Shown piece after piece: positions 13,712 to 23,294 of a stretch of DNA of 64,000 bases (its first letter is position 1; every line of letters starts with the position of its first letter). The notes under the pieces were generated by a model that had not been told where the DNA came from, made no database searches, and saw nothing but the letters and a program-made list of their open reading frames with translations. Source of the DNA: an uncultured Gemmatimonadaceae bacterium (GTDB lineage: Bacteria > Gemmatimonadota > Gemmatimonadetes > Gemmatimonadales > Gemmatimonadaceae); assembly GCA_963790305.1 (NCBI GenBank), contig CAWBOC010000013.1, positions 96,001 to 160,000 on the forward strand, written 5' to 3'. A program made the position numbers and the translations under genes.

Positions 13712-16123
13712 GTGGGCGAATCGATGATCGAGCAGCGGCAGGAGGGATCGGGCGCGCCGGCGGATCGCGCGCTCCCGCTGCGCAATCTCATCGCCGCGTT
13801 GCGGCATCGCTGGTGGGCGTTCGCGGTGGTGTTGGCGCTCGTCGTCGGGGTTTCGACCTGGCGGACGTCGCGCACGACGCGGCTGTACGCGACGACGGCG
13901 ACCGTTCGGATTCAGGAATTGCAGACCGGTCCCGTCGGCGTGCAATCGCCGACGGTTCGCGACTATCGCGTCGATCCGATCCAATCGGAGCAGGAGATCA
14001 TCAAGAGCAAGGCGGTCGCCGAGCGCGTCGCCGAGCACCTGGGGCTCCGTCTCTACATTCTGAACCCTCCGAAGCTCCAGCGCGGTGCACTGTTCGGGCA
14101 AACGATGCCCGAGGTCGACTCGACGGTGCAGTACGGCGAGTACGTGGTGCGGCTTCGCGGGGACGGCTATTCGCTGTTCTCGAACGGATCGCATGCTCGC
14201 GTCGGCTCCGTACGGGCAGGAAGTGCGGGGCGGCGGCGTCGCGTTCACGATTCCGGCGCGGCCGCGCATCGAGGAGAACGAGATCCGGCTCGGCGTGATG
14301 CCGCTGAGCAGCGCCGCCGCACAGGTTCGCGGCGGGCTGACGACACGCAGCCGCCCGCAGACGAACATCGTCGAGATCTCGTATACCGGGGCCGATCCGG
14401 TGATGGTGGCGCAGATCGCCAATACGGTCGCGCTCATGTATGCGCGGTACACGACGGAGCAGCGGCGTCGGCTGGCGATCGAGCGTACGCGATCCACGGC
14501 CGATGCGGTCGAGAATCAGCGCGCCGAGCTCGCGCTCGAAGCAGGAGGCGCTGACGCAGTTCAAGGAGCGTGGGCGCCTCTCCAGCATCGAGGCGGAGCA
14601 GGCGGCGTTAGGCACGCAGATTCAGGGCTTCACCAGGCGAGCGCGACGCGCTGCTCATCGAGCAGCGGACGTATGGCACGATTCTCGGCAAGCTCACGCA
14701 GGCCGACACCGCCGATCTGGAGCTGCGCCAGCTCGCGGGGACCGGCGCGATTCGCGACAACGCGCACATGCAGTCGCTGTTCGACCGGTGGTTCGACCTC
14801 CAGAAGCAGCGCGCGCAGCTGATCGCCCCAGGTCGCAACGAGAACTATCCCGGACGTCCAGGCCGTCGATCAGCTCATTCGCGCGACGAAGAACGAGCTT
14901 CAGCAGGCGAGCAATTCCTACCTCGTCGGCTTGCGCTCCCGCATCTCCTCGCTCGACAACCGCATCAACGAGCTGCGTCGCGAGATGGAGAAGTATCCCT
15001 CGCTCGGCGCGCAGGAACAGCGGCTGACGCGCGGAGGTGCAGACCGCGCAGCAGCTGTACGGAACGCTGCTCGGCGAGCTGCAGCGTGCGCGCATCGCGG
15101 AGTCCAGCGAAGGCGGGTACGTGACCGTCATCGACAACGCGATGCAGCCGTTCTCGCCGGTCTCGCCGAATCGGAAGCGCATCTTCCTCACCGCGCTCAT
15201 CTTCGGCTCGATCCTCGGACTCGGTGCGGCAGTGGTGCTCGAGAATCTCGATGATTCGGTGAAGTCGCCGGACGAAGTGCGCGAGCAATTCGGCCTCTCC
15301 GTCGTCGGCACGATTCCGGGCATCAAGGATTCGGACCTTCCTGGGGAGAACGGCGCCGAGGTCGCCCGACGGCTCGCGACGCACTTCGATCCCCGCTCGC
15401 CGGTGGCCGAGGCGTATCGCTCGCTGCGAACGAATCTCGCGTTCGCGCGGGCGCACGAAGCGATGCGCATTCTGGTGCTGACGAGCCCCGGGCCCGCCGA
15501 CGGAAAGTCGACCACCGTCGCGAATCTCGCGATCACGTTCGCGCAGCAGGGGCAGCGCACGCTCCTGATCGACGGCGATCTTCGGCGCGCGGTGCTCGAC
15601 AAGATGTTCAAGGTGCCGCGGTCGCCTGGGCTTACCGACGTGCTCGTTGGACGTCAGCGTCTGCGCGATGTCGTTCACAAGACGGAGATCGAGCACCTGT
15701 CGGTCGTCGGCAGCGGACCATTTCCGCCGAATCCGTCGGAGCTCCTCGGCTCGAGCGCCATGCGGGACGTGCTGCGCGACGCGCAAAGCGAGTTCGATGT
15801 CGTGCTGATCGATTCGCCGCCGCTGCTGGCCGTCACGGATGCGGCGGTGCTGGCGACGATGGCGGACGGGGCGATCCTCGTCATCCGCGTCGGGCGCGAC
15901 GGCGAAGGCGGCCGTTAGGCGCGCGGTCGCTCAGCTGCAGACCGTGCACGGTCGCGTCGTCGGTGCGGTGCTGAACGACGTCGATCTGCGCAGCGGCGCG
16001 TTCAGCGGGAGCTACGGGTACTACTACTATTACTACTACGGCGAGGGGGCGCGGAACGGAAAGCGCGGGCCGCTGCATCGAATTCGAGAGCGACTGAATC
16101 GTGCGCGGGCGCGATCGTCGTGA
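13712..16123 (+). CDS. wzc: Polysaccharide co-polymerase / BY tyrosine autokinase (frameshifted)
   Basis: Two TM segments around a coiled periplasmic region; PVSPNR; EAYRSLRTNL; Walker A SPGPADGKST; A' IDGDLRR; B LIDSPP; C-terminal Tyr cluster SYGYYYYYYYG. Confidence 0.93.
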
Positions 16124-17240
16124 CACAGGCCCGTGGGCATCCCGTGCATCCTCTCGTACCAGTGCTTCAACTGGCGATGGGCGACGGTGCAGGCGCGCTG
16201 CCGGCGGCGGATGACTGGTGGGACGTCTATCGGCTGAGCATCCGCGAGAGGTGCGCAGGCCTCATCTGGCTGCGATCTGGCGACGTTGTTCGGAGCCAAG
16301 CGCCTACCGAGCTGGTGCAAGCATGGCGATCTGAAATTGTCCGGCAGTATGATCGCGGTGAAGCACTGGTTTCCCGAGTCGGTCAAAGCGTGTCACGTCT
16401 GTGCGAGCATGGCATTTCCTGTGTCGTGCTCAAAGGCGCGCCGCTCGCCGCGCAGCTCTACGGCGATCCGCTTGTTCGCCCGATGGACAATGTCGATCTG
16501 TTCGTGCCCGCGGCCGACTGGGAGCGTTCCGCCGCGGTGCTCGAGGAAGATGGTTGGGCAAAGGAAATAGGCCGGGCGGGCTGGTCGGAGATCTATCGAC
16601 TCACGGATGCACGCGGAACACTCTGGCTCGATCTACAATCGAGCCTTCTCGTCGATCATCTCAACCATCTGCCTGAAATATCGGGGACTGTCGGACCTTG
16701 GCATTGGCGGGAGATGGTTTCACACCTACGTCGGACCTGAGGTCGCCGTTTTCCTCGCTGTTCATTTGCTCAACCATCGCTGCCGCCCGTGCTTTGGTTG
16801 ATTGACTTTCACACCTGTTGGTCCACGATGTCGGAAGGCGACCGGCGCGAAGCAATGCGCATTGCACGTGGAAGCCGACTCCATCGGTATCTCCGGTGGG
16901 CGGTTGAGCGCTCGTCCCTCCTTCGTGAAGCCTCCAGTGGTGGGACAGGAGCCCTGCGCAGGCTCGGCTTTCACCCGTCATTCCGCCGCGACGACTACGG
17001 GATGCTTCGCTTGACCGCATTGGCCGCGTCAGTTCCGGACGTGGTTGCGGTGCTCGGAGCGTGGGCCTGGCCACGACCACTCCGCTATGACTGGGCCGCG
17101 TTCCGCCAAATGTGGCAGCGACGGGCAGCAAAGACATTTCCCGAGTCTTCGCCGCACGTCGCCTGTACTTGGACCCGCGCGATCGATCAGATCTTGGTGC
17201 GCGCACCGCTCAGGACGGGGTCAATCGCCTTCAGAACTAA
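16120..17240 (+). CDS. Nucleotidyltransferase family protein (NTP_transf_5-like, frameshifted)
   Basis: VVLKGAPLAAQLYGDPLVRPMDNVDLFVP motif, downstream FLAVHLLNH and LWLIDF segments; GTG start overlaps the wzc TGA; 3' end approximate. Confidence 0.8.
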
Positions 17241-17296
17241 TTTCGTGAAGCGACTGGGATCCACTCCCCCCTACCTCGACGACCGCGGCCAAATCA

Positions 17297-17768
17297 ATGC
17301 TCACGTCCTGCCGAACGAGCGGCCCGGACTGGCAATAGCCGCGGAGCTGGTCGCTCGGGGCAGCGCATGGGTCCGTGGATGTGGGAATAGCATGGCACCG
17401 ACGATTCGTGACGGCGACCGCGTACTGCTTCGGGCCGTTCCCGTCGACCGTCTTCGCCGAGGTGATGTCGTCGTGATCGCGGTACGAGAAGCGGCGGTGC
17501 TGCACCGTACCACCGAATCCATGCGGGGGGTCTCGTGGAAACGGTCGGCGATGGAAAACTCAGTGGCGACGGCGTATTCGCGCCTGATCATGTATTGGGC
17601 GTCGCGGTGCTCGCCGAGCGCAGCTCTTCGCGTGTCACATTGCGCTCAACGTTGGAGTTCGGCGTTGCCGCATATCTGCGGGGTATCGCGCTGCTGGCCC
17701 GGCTTCGGGTTGCTCAATGGTGGCGACGGTCGAAGGCATACCGGGGTATGGGAGGGTCGCGGGTGTGA
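17297..17768 (+). CDS. S24/S26-family (signal peptidase-like) serine peptidase (frameshifted)
   Basis: GNSMAPTIRDGDRV...GDVVV...VLHR, then ETVGDG...VLGVA in the 17535-17768 frame; start approximate. Confidence 0.8.
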
Positions 17769-18751
17769 GTGCCAATGCGGACGAAATCGTCACGACCGAT
17801 CGGGACGCGCCTCGGGAGACGCTAACGTGGAGTAAGCCAACCGCTGCGCTGTCAGTCGCGCTCGGTGGCCTTGTATTCCGTTTTGTGTCCGTGCATCCCC
17901 ACATCCAACTGAGGCTGAGTAACCGATTCGAGCTATTTCGAGTGTCTGAAGACGTCAGCCCCGACTGCATCGTGCGCTGGTCCGAAGGACGCGTCTCCCC
18001 GCTGACCACTGGGGTTGTGTTGCAGGAGACGGACATCTGGGAGACTCGGCTCATGCCAGACGGCAGCGAGCGGACTACGTTCTTCGCCGGTGCAACGCGG
18101 CGGCCGTACCTGGGCCTGACCTTCCGTTCCGAGTTTCGAACCGCCGAGGTCATCCAGGCGCGGGAAATGGGCGGCAACGCTGCCCCGGAGATGCACCCGT
18201 TGTCCGAGTTCCTGACCACGCGTGTGTTGGCGACGCGCGCCGTGTAGAAGTGCACGGCAGCGCGGCGGTCGTAGGGGGAAAGGCCCTGCTATTCGGGGCC
18301 ATTCCGGAGCAGGAAAAACCACCATTTCACGCATCGCCGAGCGGTCTGGGGCCGTCGTCTTGAGTGACGACCGTGTGATTCTGGGAATGAACCATGGCCG
18401 CGCCACGGCCTGGGGAACGCCATGGCACGGATCGGGCTTCTTCACGGCCGCAAGTTCGAGCGATCTCGCCAGCGTGTTCTGCTGCGCCAGAGCGCAGTCG
18501 ATCGCGTTACGCCCATGCGTTATGCCAATGCAGTCAAAGAGCTATTTGTGAGACTGGTGCAAGTCCGTGTCAGTGCGAGCGAGGTCATTGAGTCGCACAG
18601 TGCTATAGGAAATTCTCGAGTCGGTCCCGGCGTAAGACCTTTCTCTTTTTCGTCCGACCGTCTCGGCGTTTTACCTCCCAATGCGAGCCGCCAATGTCCA
18701 AGCCTCGTGATAAAAGAGCATCTAGTCCCAGAAAAACACCAGTCGGCGTGA
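17765..18751 (+). CDS. HprK-related P-loop kinase/ATPase-like protein (frameshifted)
   Basis: GHSGAGKTT Walker A, VLSDDRV, WGTPWHGSG; GTG 17765 overlaps the peptidase TGA; 3' end approximate. Confidence 0.75.
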
Positions 18752-18765
18752 GTTCGAGTGCGCCT

Positions 18766-19050
18766 ATGTACACAGAGCGCTCAGGCGACGTGATCGGTTT
18801 GTCTACCGCCATATCGCTGGCGAGCACTTGTTGATCAACCTTCACAGCAAAGCACGCGTCCCCTACTTCCTGTTGACGCCGACGGCCGCCGCGATCTGGG
18901 ATCGCCTCGCGGACTGGGCGACACTGGATGAGCTGGCGAAGAATCTCACGACACGATTGAGGTCGGCCAGGTGGAGGCGATGGCCGACGTGGCGAGTTCT
19001 TGACCCAGTTGGAAAGCTGGGGGGCTGATGCGCGAGGCTGGTACGACATG
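18766..19050 (+). CDS. PqqD-family RiPP recognition element (RRE), frameshifted
   Basis: Reconstructed RFVYRHIAGEHLLINL..YFLLTPTAAAIWDRLA..TLDELAKNLTTR.EV...AMADV; ~90 aa, three-strand/three-helix PqqD pattern; both ends approximate. Confidence 0.8.
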
Positions 19051-20213
19051 CGTGCGCGATTCCCGAGGTCGCGATTCCCGAAGTCGGGGCACAAGTCCTG
19101 TTCGACCGCATCAACTCCCGTGCTCGCGCGGAGCGCATCCCGCTGAGGCGGACATCGAGATCATCGCGACCTGCAACTACAAGTGCGTGCATTGCTACAT
19201 CGCGCCCTGCGCCGAACGGAGCGATGTCATGTCGCTGGAGCAAGCACGCGTCATCTTCGGAAAACTCCGCGATGCCGGGACGCTCAGCATCTTGCTCACG
19301 GGCGGAGAAATCTTCACGCACAAGCAGTTCAAGGCGATCATCTCGAGGCCAAGCAGCATGGCTTCATCGTCGCGTTGAACACGAATGGGTATTTCATCGG
19401 AACGAAGTGGGCGGACTTCCTGTCGGAGTATCCGCCGAAGGTGGTATCGATCAGTATCTACGGCGCGACGAAGGAAAGTTACGAGGCGGTGACGGGCATC
19501 CCGAACTCGTACGATCGGTGTATGCGGGCGATCGACTTGTTGCACGAGCGGGGGATCAAGCTCGATCTGAAAGTCCCTGCAATGGGGCCCACCGTTGCGG
19601 ACATCCCTCGCCTCCGTGAGTTCGCGGCGAGTTACGGGATCAAGTTCCGCTTCAATGCCATGATTGTGCCGGAGGAGAGCGGCAACGCGCGTCCGCTCAA
19701 CTTGCAGCTCACTCCTGATCAGATCATGGCGGTCGAGCGGCAGGTCGATCCGGATTGGACCATCCTGCGACGGTACTCGGAGCCTCGCCTCGGAGAGCGA
19801 TCGAACGCGCCCATCTATCAGTGTGGTGCCGGTCGCACTGGCCTCGCCATTAACGTGCATGGTGGTGTCACGACCTGCATCACGTCCCGACAGGTCATCG
19901 GCAACCTGCTCGAGCAATCGTCGACGACATCTGGGGAGCACTATACGGGAAGGTCGAACGACGCTTTCCCGATGGCCACCCGTGCGCGACGTGCAAGTTC
20001 CGGGGAATGTGTTCCGGCTGCCCGGCGCTGGTGGAGCAGTTGACCGGCCTACCCGAAGGCTACGTGCAGCACTTTTGCAAGCTCACGCATCTTCACGCCA
20101 AGGAGCTTGGCTACCACGCCACTGGTGTTCCGCGAACAGTCACGGAAGGCATTCCAGCCCACGTGGCGACGCCGCGCGATCGGTACGCTCGCGCGCTTCC
20201 TGTGATGAACTGA
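19048..20213 (+). CDS. Radical SAM / SPASM-domain peptide maturase (frameshifted)
   Basis: CNYKCVHC, LTGGEIF, LNTNG, SISIYG; SPASM YQCGAGR...GVTTC...IGNL...CATCKFRGMCSGCP...HFC; start approximate. Confidence 0.92.
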
Positions 20214-20241
20214 CGTCCCCTTTTTCAGCTTGAGGCGCCCT

Positions 20242-20424
20242 ATGTCATCCGAACGACAGCCCTACGTCAAGCCAAGCATGATTCGACTCCACTACGAAGC
20301 TGACTTGGCTGTCAGCTTGCAGGGAGCATGCAAGTCGAACACGACGACCGGATCCGGATCCGCGACTTCCACCTGCGCGCTGGCGGAAGGTGGAAGTGCG
20401 TGCAATACGATTACTGATAGCTAG
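20242..20424 (+). CDS. Putative RiPP precursor peptide (60 aa)
   Basis: MSSERQPYVKPSMIRLHYEADLAVSLQGACKSNTTTGSGSATSTCALAEGGSACNTITDS; GAGG RBS at 20232-20235; YxxP leader motif; immediately downstream of RRE and rSAM-SPASM. Confidence 0.85.
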   Translation: MSSERQPYVKPSMIRLHYEADLAVSLQGACKSNTTTGSGSATSTCALAEGGSACNTITDS

Positions 20425-20488
20425 ACCATGCCTCTGTTCCGTCACGCAATGTCACGAACCGCTCCCCTCGCAGTTTCACAGGCGTAGC

Positions 20489-21997
20489 ATGCAACGTCGT
20501 GCTCTGCTTCCCGTTGAGGTGCGTGTGTGTAGACCTCTCTTATTCCTGGCGACCCTCGCTCTGCTCTCGGCCTGTGATGACGATCCGCAAGCTCCGGTCG
20601 CCGACGAGCCTCAAGGTACGCTGGTCACCCCGGCGGTCATTTCCCGTGAAGGCTCGATCGCCGTCCTCTTCGATACGCCCTTGGATACGCGGGGTGCGCA
20701 AGACCCAGCGAATTTCGTGGTGATCAATCAGTGCACGGGGTTGCGCGTGGCTGGCTCGTTGCGACTGGGACGTGGGGCTGCCGGCGACACGCTCATCTTC
20801 ACGCCGTCGAACCGTCTGCCGTTCCTCACGCAGTTGTCCATTCGCATTCAGAGTTTGTTGTCCGCGTCCGGCACTCCAATGGGGCTGCCCTTCGTTACGA
20901 CGGTGACGACGGAAGCGCCGCCCGTCTCGGATATCAGCTGGGAATCGATTCAGTCACCGACGAGTGACTTCGTGTTGGGGGCGACCTTCGCGACTCGGAC
21001 TCGGGTTTTTCTGACCGCGTCATCGGGCGCGGTGTATCGCAGTGAAAATGGCGGGGTCACGTACGCCGCCATTTTCAAGGACCCCAACATCATCACGACG
21101 CGCTCCGTTCGCACGTCGGGCCCCGACACGGTTTTCATGGCGGGGGCTTTGAACGAAGCAGGGAGCTTCTCGACTGCGGCGATTTTTCGCAGCACGAACG
21201 GTGGGCTGACGTTCACGCCCATTTTCACGCAGCGCCCGGCGGACATGCGTAGCCTTGTCGTGGTCCCGCGGGGAACGGTCAAGCCCTCGTTATATGCCGT
21301 TGGGAATGTCAGTGGAGCCTTTACCGCCTGGCGCTACGATACGCAGACCGACTCGGTATTCACGCTCCCGGCCGTCGGTGGTCAAATCGCGAACGGCGGA
21401 GAGCTCTCGCCCGATGCCTCCCACGCGGTTGCCGTTGGCTTCATAAACGCCGTCGGGCAGGCCGGTGCGGCGCATCGGTCAACCGATGGGGGTCGGACCT
21501 ATCAGGCGGTGACGCTCCCAGCAAACACCGGGCAGTTGCGCTCCGGGGCGTTCGTCTCCGCCAATCTCGCCGTGCTCGTGGGCGATTCGGCCGTGGTCGT
21601 CTCGCTGAATGCGGCGACGGGTGCGACGGCACGCATTACAAACGGCGTTCCGCAGAACTCGACGGTTGGACAGACCACACTTCGCTACAGTTATCGGAAA
21701 ATCGACTTCGCTCCAGGAACGCAACTGGGATGGATCGTTGGCATCGAGACGCAAGTTACGCCGAATCAGCCTGACGACGTTCGCGGAATCATCCTCATGA
21801 CGCGCAATGGTGGAGCCACGTGGCAGCGCCAGGCAGTGGTGGGCGCTCCAGAGAGTGGCCTGGCCTTCCCGACGTTGGTCGACATCCACGGCCTCGCGCC
21901 GGATCGCGCTATCCTCGGGGGGCTGCAGGGCTTCGTTGCCACGCGCACGGCAGATATCCAAACCGGCGCTCAAGTCTGTTCAATCCCGGAAGAGTGA
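20489..21997 (+). CDS. Lipoprotein with N-terminal Ig-like (SbsA/Big_5-like) domain and BNR/Asp-box beta-propeller
   Basis: LATLALLSAC lipobox; IAVLFDTPLD...TLIFTPSNRLP; repeats YRSENGGVTY, FRSTNGGLTF, HRSTDGGRTY, MTRNGGATW. Confidence 0.75.
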   Translation: MQRRALLPVEVRVCRPLLFLATLALLSACDDDPQAPVADEPQGTLVTPAVISREGSIAVLFDTPLDTRGAQDPANFVVINQCTGLRVAGSLRLGRGAAGDTLIFTPSNRLPFLTQLSIRIQSLLSASGTPMGLPFVTTVTTEAPPVSDISWESIQSPTSDFVLGATFATRTRVFLTASSGAVYRSENGGVTYAAIFKDPNIITTRSVRTSGPDTVFMAGALNEAGSFSTAAIFRSTNGGLTFTPIFTQRPADMRSLVVVPRGTVKPSLYAVGNVSGAFTAWRYDTQTDSVFTLPAVGGQIANGGELSPDASHAVAVGFINAVGQAGAAHRSTDGGRTYQAVTLPANTGQLRSGAFVSANLAVLVGDSAVVVSLNAATGATARITNGVPQNSTVGQTTLRYSYRKIDFAPGTQLGWIVGIETQVTPNQPDDVRGIILMTRNGGATWQRQAVVGAPESGLAFPTLVDIHGLAPDRAILGGLQGFVATRTADIQTGAQVCSIPEE

Positions 21998-22004
21998 GTT
22001 GTCC

Positions 22005-23284
22005 ATGAACGACGCGCATGGTCGACGGATTCGTCGAGCGTTTTCGCCAATGCTTTCGTTTCGCAGCGCCCTCATTGCGATCGCTGTCCTGCTCTCGAGC
22101 GCTGGGGCGCTCAAGGCGCAGGTCGTGGTCGGAGGCGACTTCGATATTTGTGACTTCTGCGGCAATGTCGACGCCAACACGATTCGGCTAGTCGGACGGT
22201 CCGGGTTCGGACCAGATCGCGCGACGATGCACCTCGTGAACGCCGCTATCGCCGAGCAGGACGTTGATAACGACGGGTACACCGCAGGCATCGACTTTGA
22301 CCGGTTGTTCATCGTCGACACCATCGATTTCGTCAATCAGGAAGATCCCGCATTTGTCATTTCCTCCACCAACTTCCGGCTCGGCGATTTTCTCAATCCG
22401 TTGAGAAACGGTGGGACCAACCGGGTTGTGATCCGTGTGGACATCCCCGAAGGGACAAAGGCAGGGACCTATCGCGGGGGCCTGACGATTCGGGACTCCG
22501 TCCGTGTCCCGGGGCTCAATTCGAACGGTGAGATCCTTCGCGAGGACTTTGTCATCATCGAGATCGAGGTGCTTCCGGCTCGAGCCATCGACTTTGTCGC
22601 CGCAGACAGCGCTGTAGCGCTCGATTCTCTGGTCATCGCCGGACGGCCGGGGACTACGGCGAGCGGGGTCGTGCGCATCGCGAATCTCGGCAATACCGAG
22701 ATCACGGGGCTTCACCTGGAGTCAACGGACTTGGTGGCCACATCCGGGACGGGACTTCGAATTCGGCGCGATCGAATCACGTTCTCGCCCAACGACTGAA
22801 TTCGGTGGGATTCGGCGATACGGTTCGTATCAAGGTCAAGTCCGCATACCCCAGGGACTGCTCGCCGGCACGTATCGAGGTGAGCTGATCGCCCAAGGTG
22901 ATAACGTCGAGGCGATACGCGTTCCATTCTCCGTGATCGTCACGACGCCAGGCGACATCGTTTTCGAGACGAATCCCGTCGTCGGACGCGCAGGCGATCT
23001 GGCGGTGATCATCTTCAACGCCGATCCGGGCAGCAACTGGGAGCTGGCGGTCTTCGACATGATGGCGACCACGACGTTCCGAACCTCAGGGACCGTGTTC
23101 GAAGGAACCCCGGGCACGCGGACTGATCCCCGGATTCGAGGGCGATCAGGCCGTTCGCTACACGTGGCCGCTCGTGAACGGACGCGGGGAGAACGTCGCG
23201 GGCGGCATGTATTACGTCGTCATCAACGCGGTGCAGGACGGCGAAGAACGCCAACTGCGCGGCAAACTCATGGTCATTCGCTGA
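22005..23284 (+). CDS. Secreted beta-rich protein with a T9SS/FlgD-like C-terminal sorting domain (frameshifted)
   Basis: Signal peptide ending ALKA-Q; DVDNDG motif; Ig-like segments; hand-translated tail YTWPLVNGRGENVAGGMYYVVINAVQDGEERQLRGKLMVIR* ending 23284. Confidence 0.7.
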
Positions 23285-23294
23285 GGCCGGCATC

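Noticed and set aside
16012..16040. TAC microsatellite as a phase-variation tract
   Set aside because: It encodes the normal Wzc C-terminal tyrosine cluster
16120..20424. Lasso peptide cluster or PQQ biosynthesis
   Set aside because: No asparagine-synthetase-like cyclase or B2 protease; no PqqB/PqqC and no ExxxY core in the peptide
20242..20424. Precursor as a small lipoprotein (LQGAC)
   Set aside because: No hydrophobic h-region precedes the Cys and the lipobox is non-canonical
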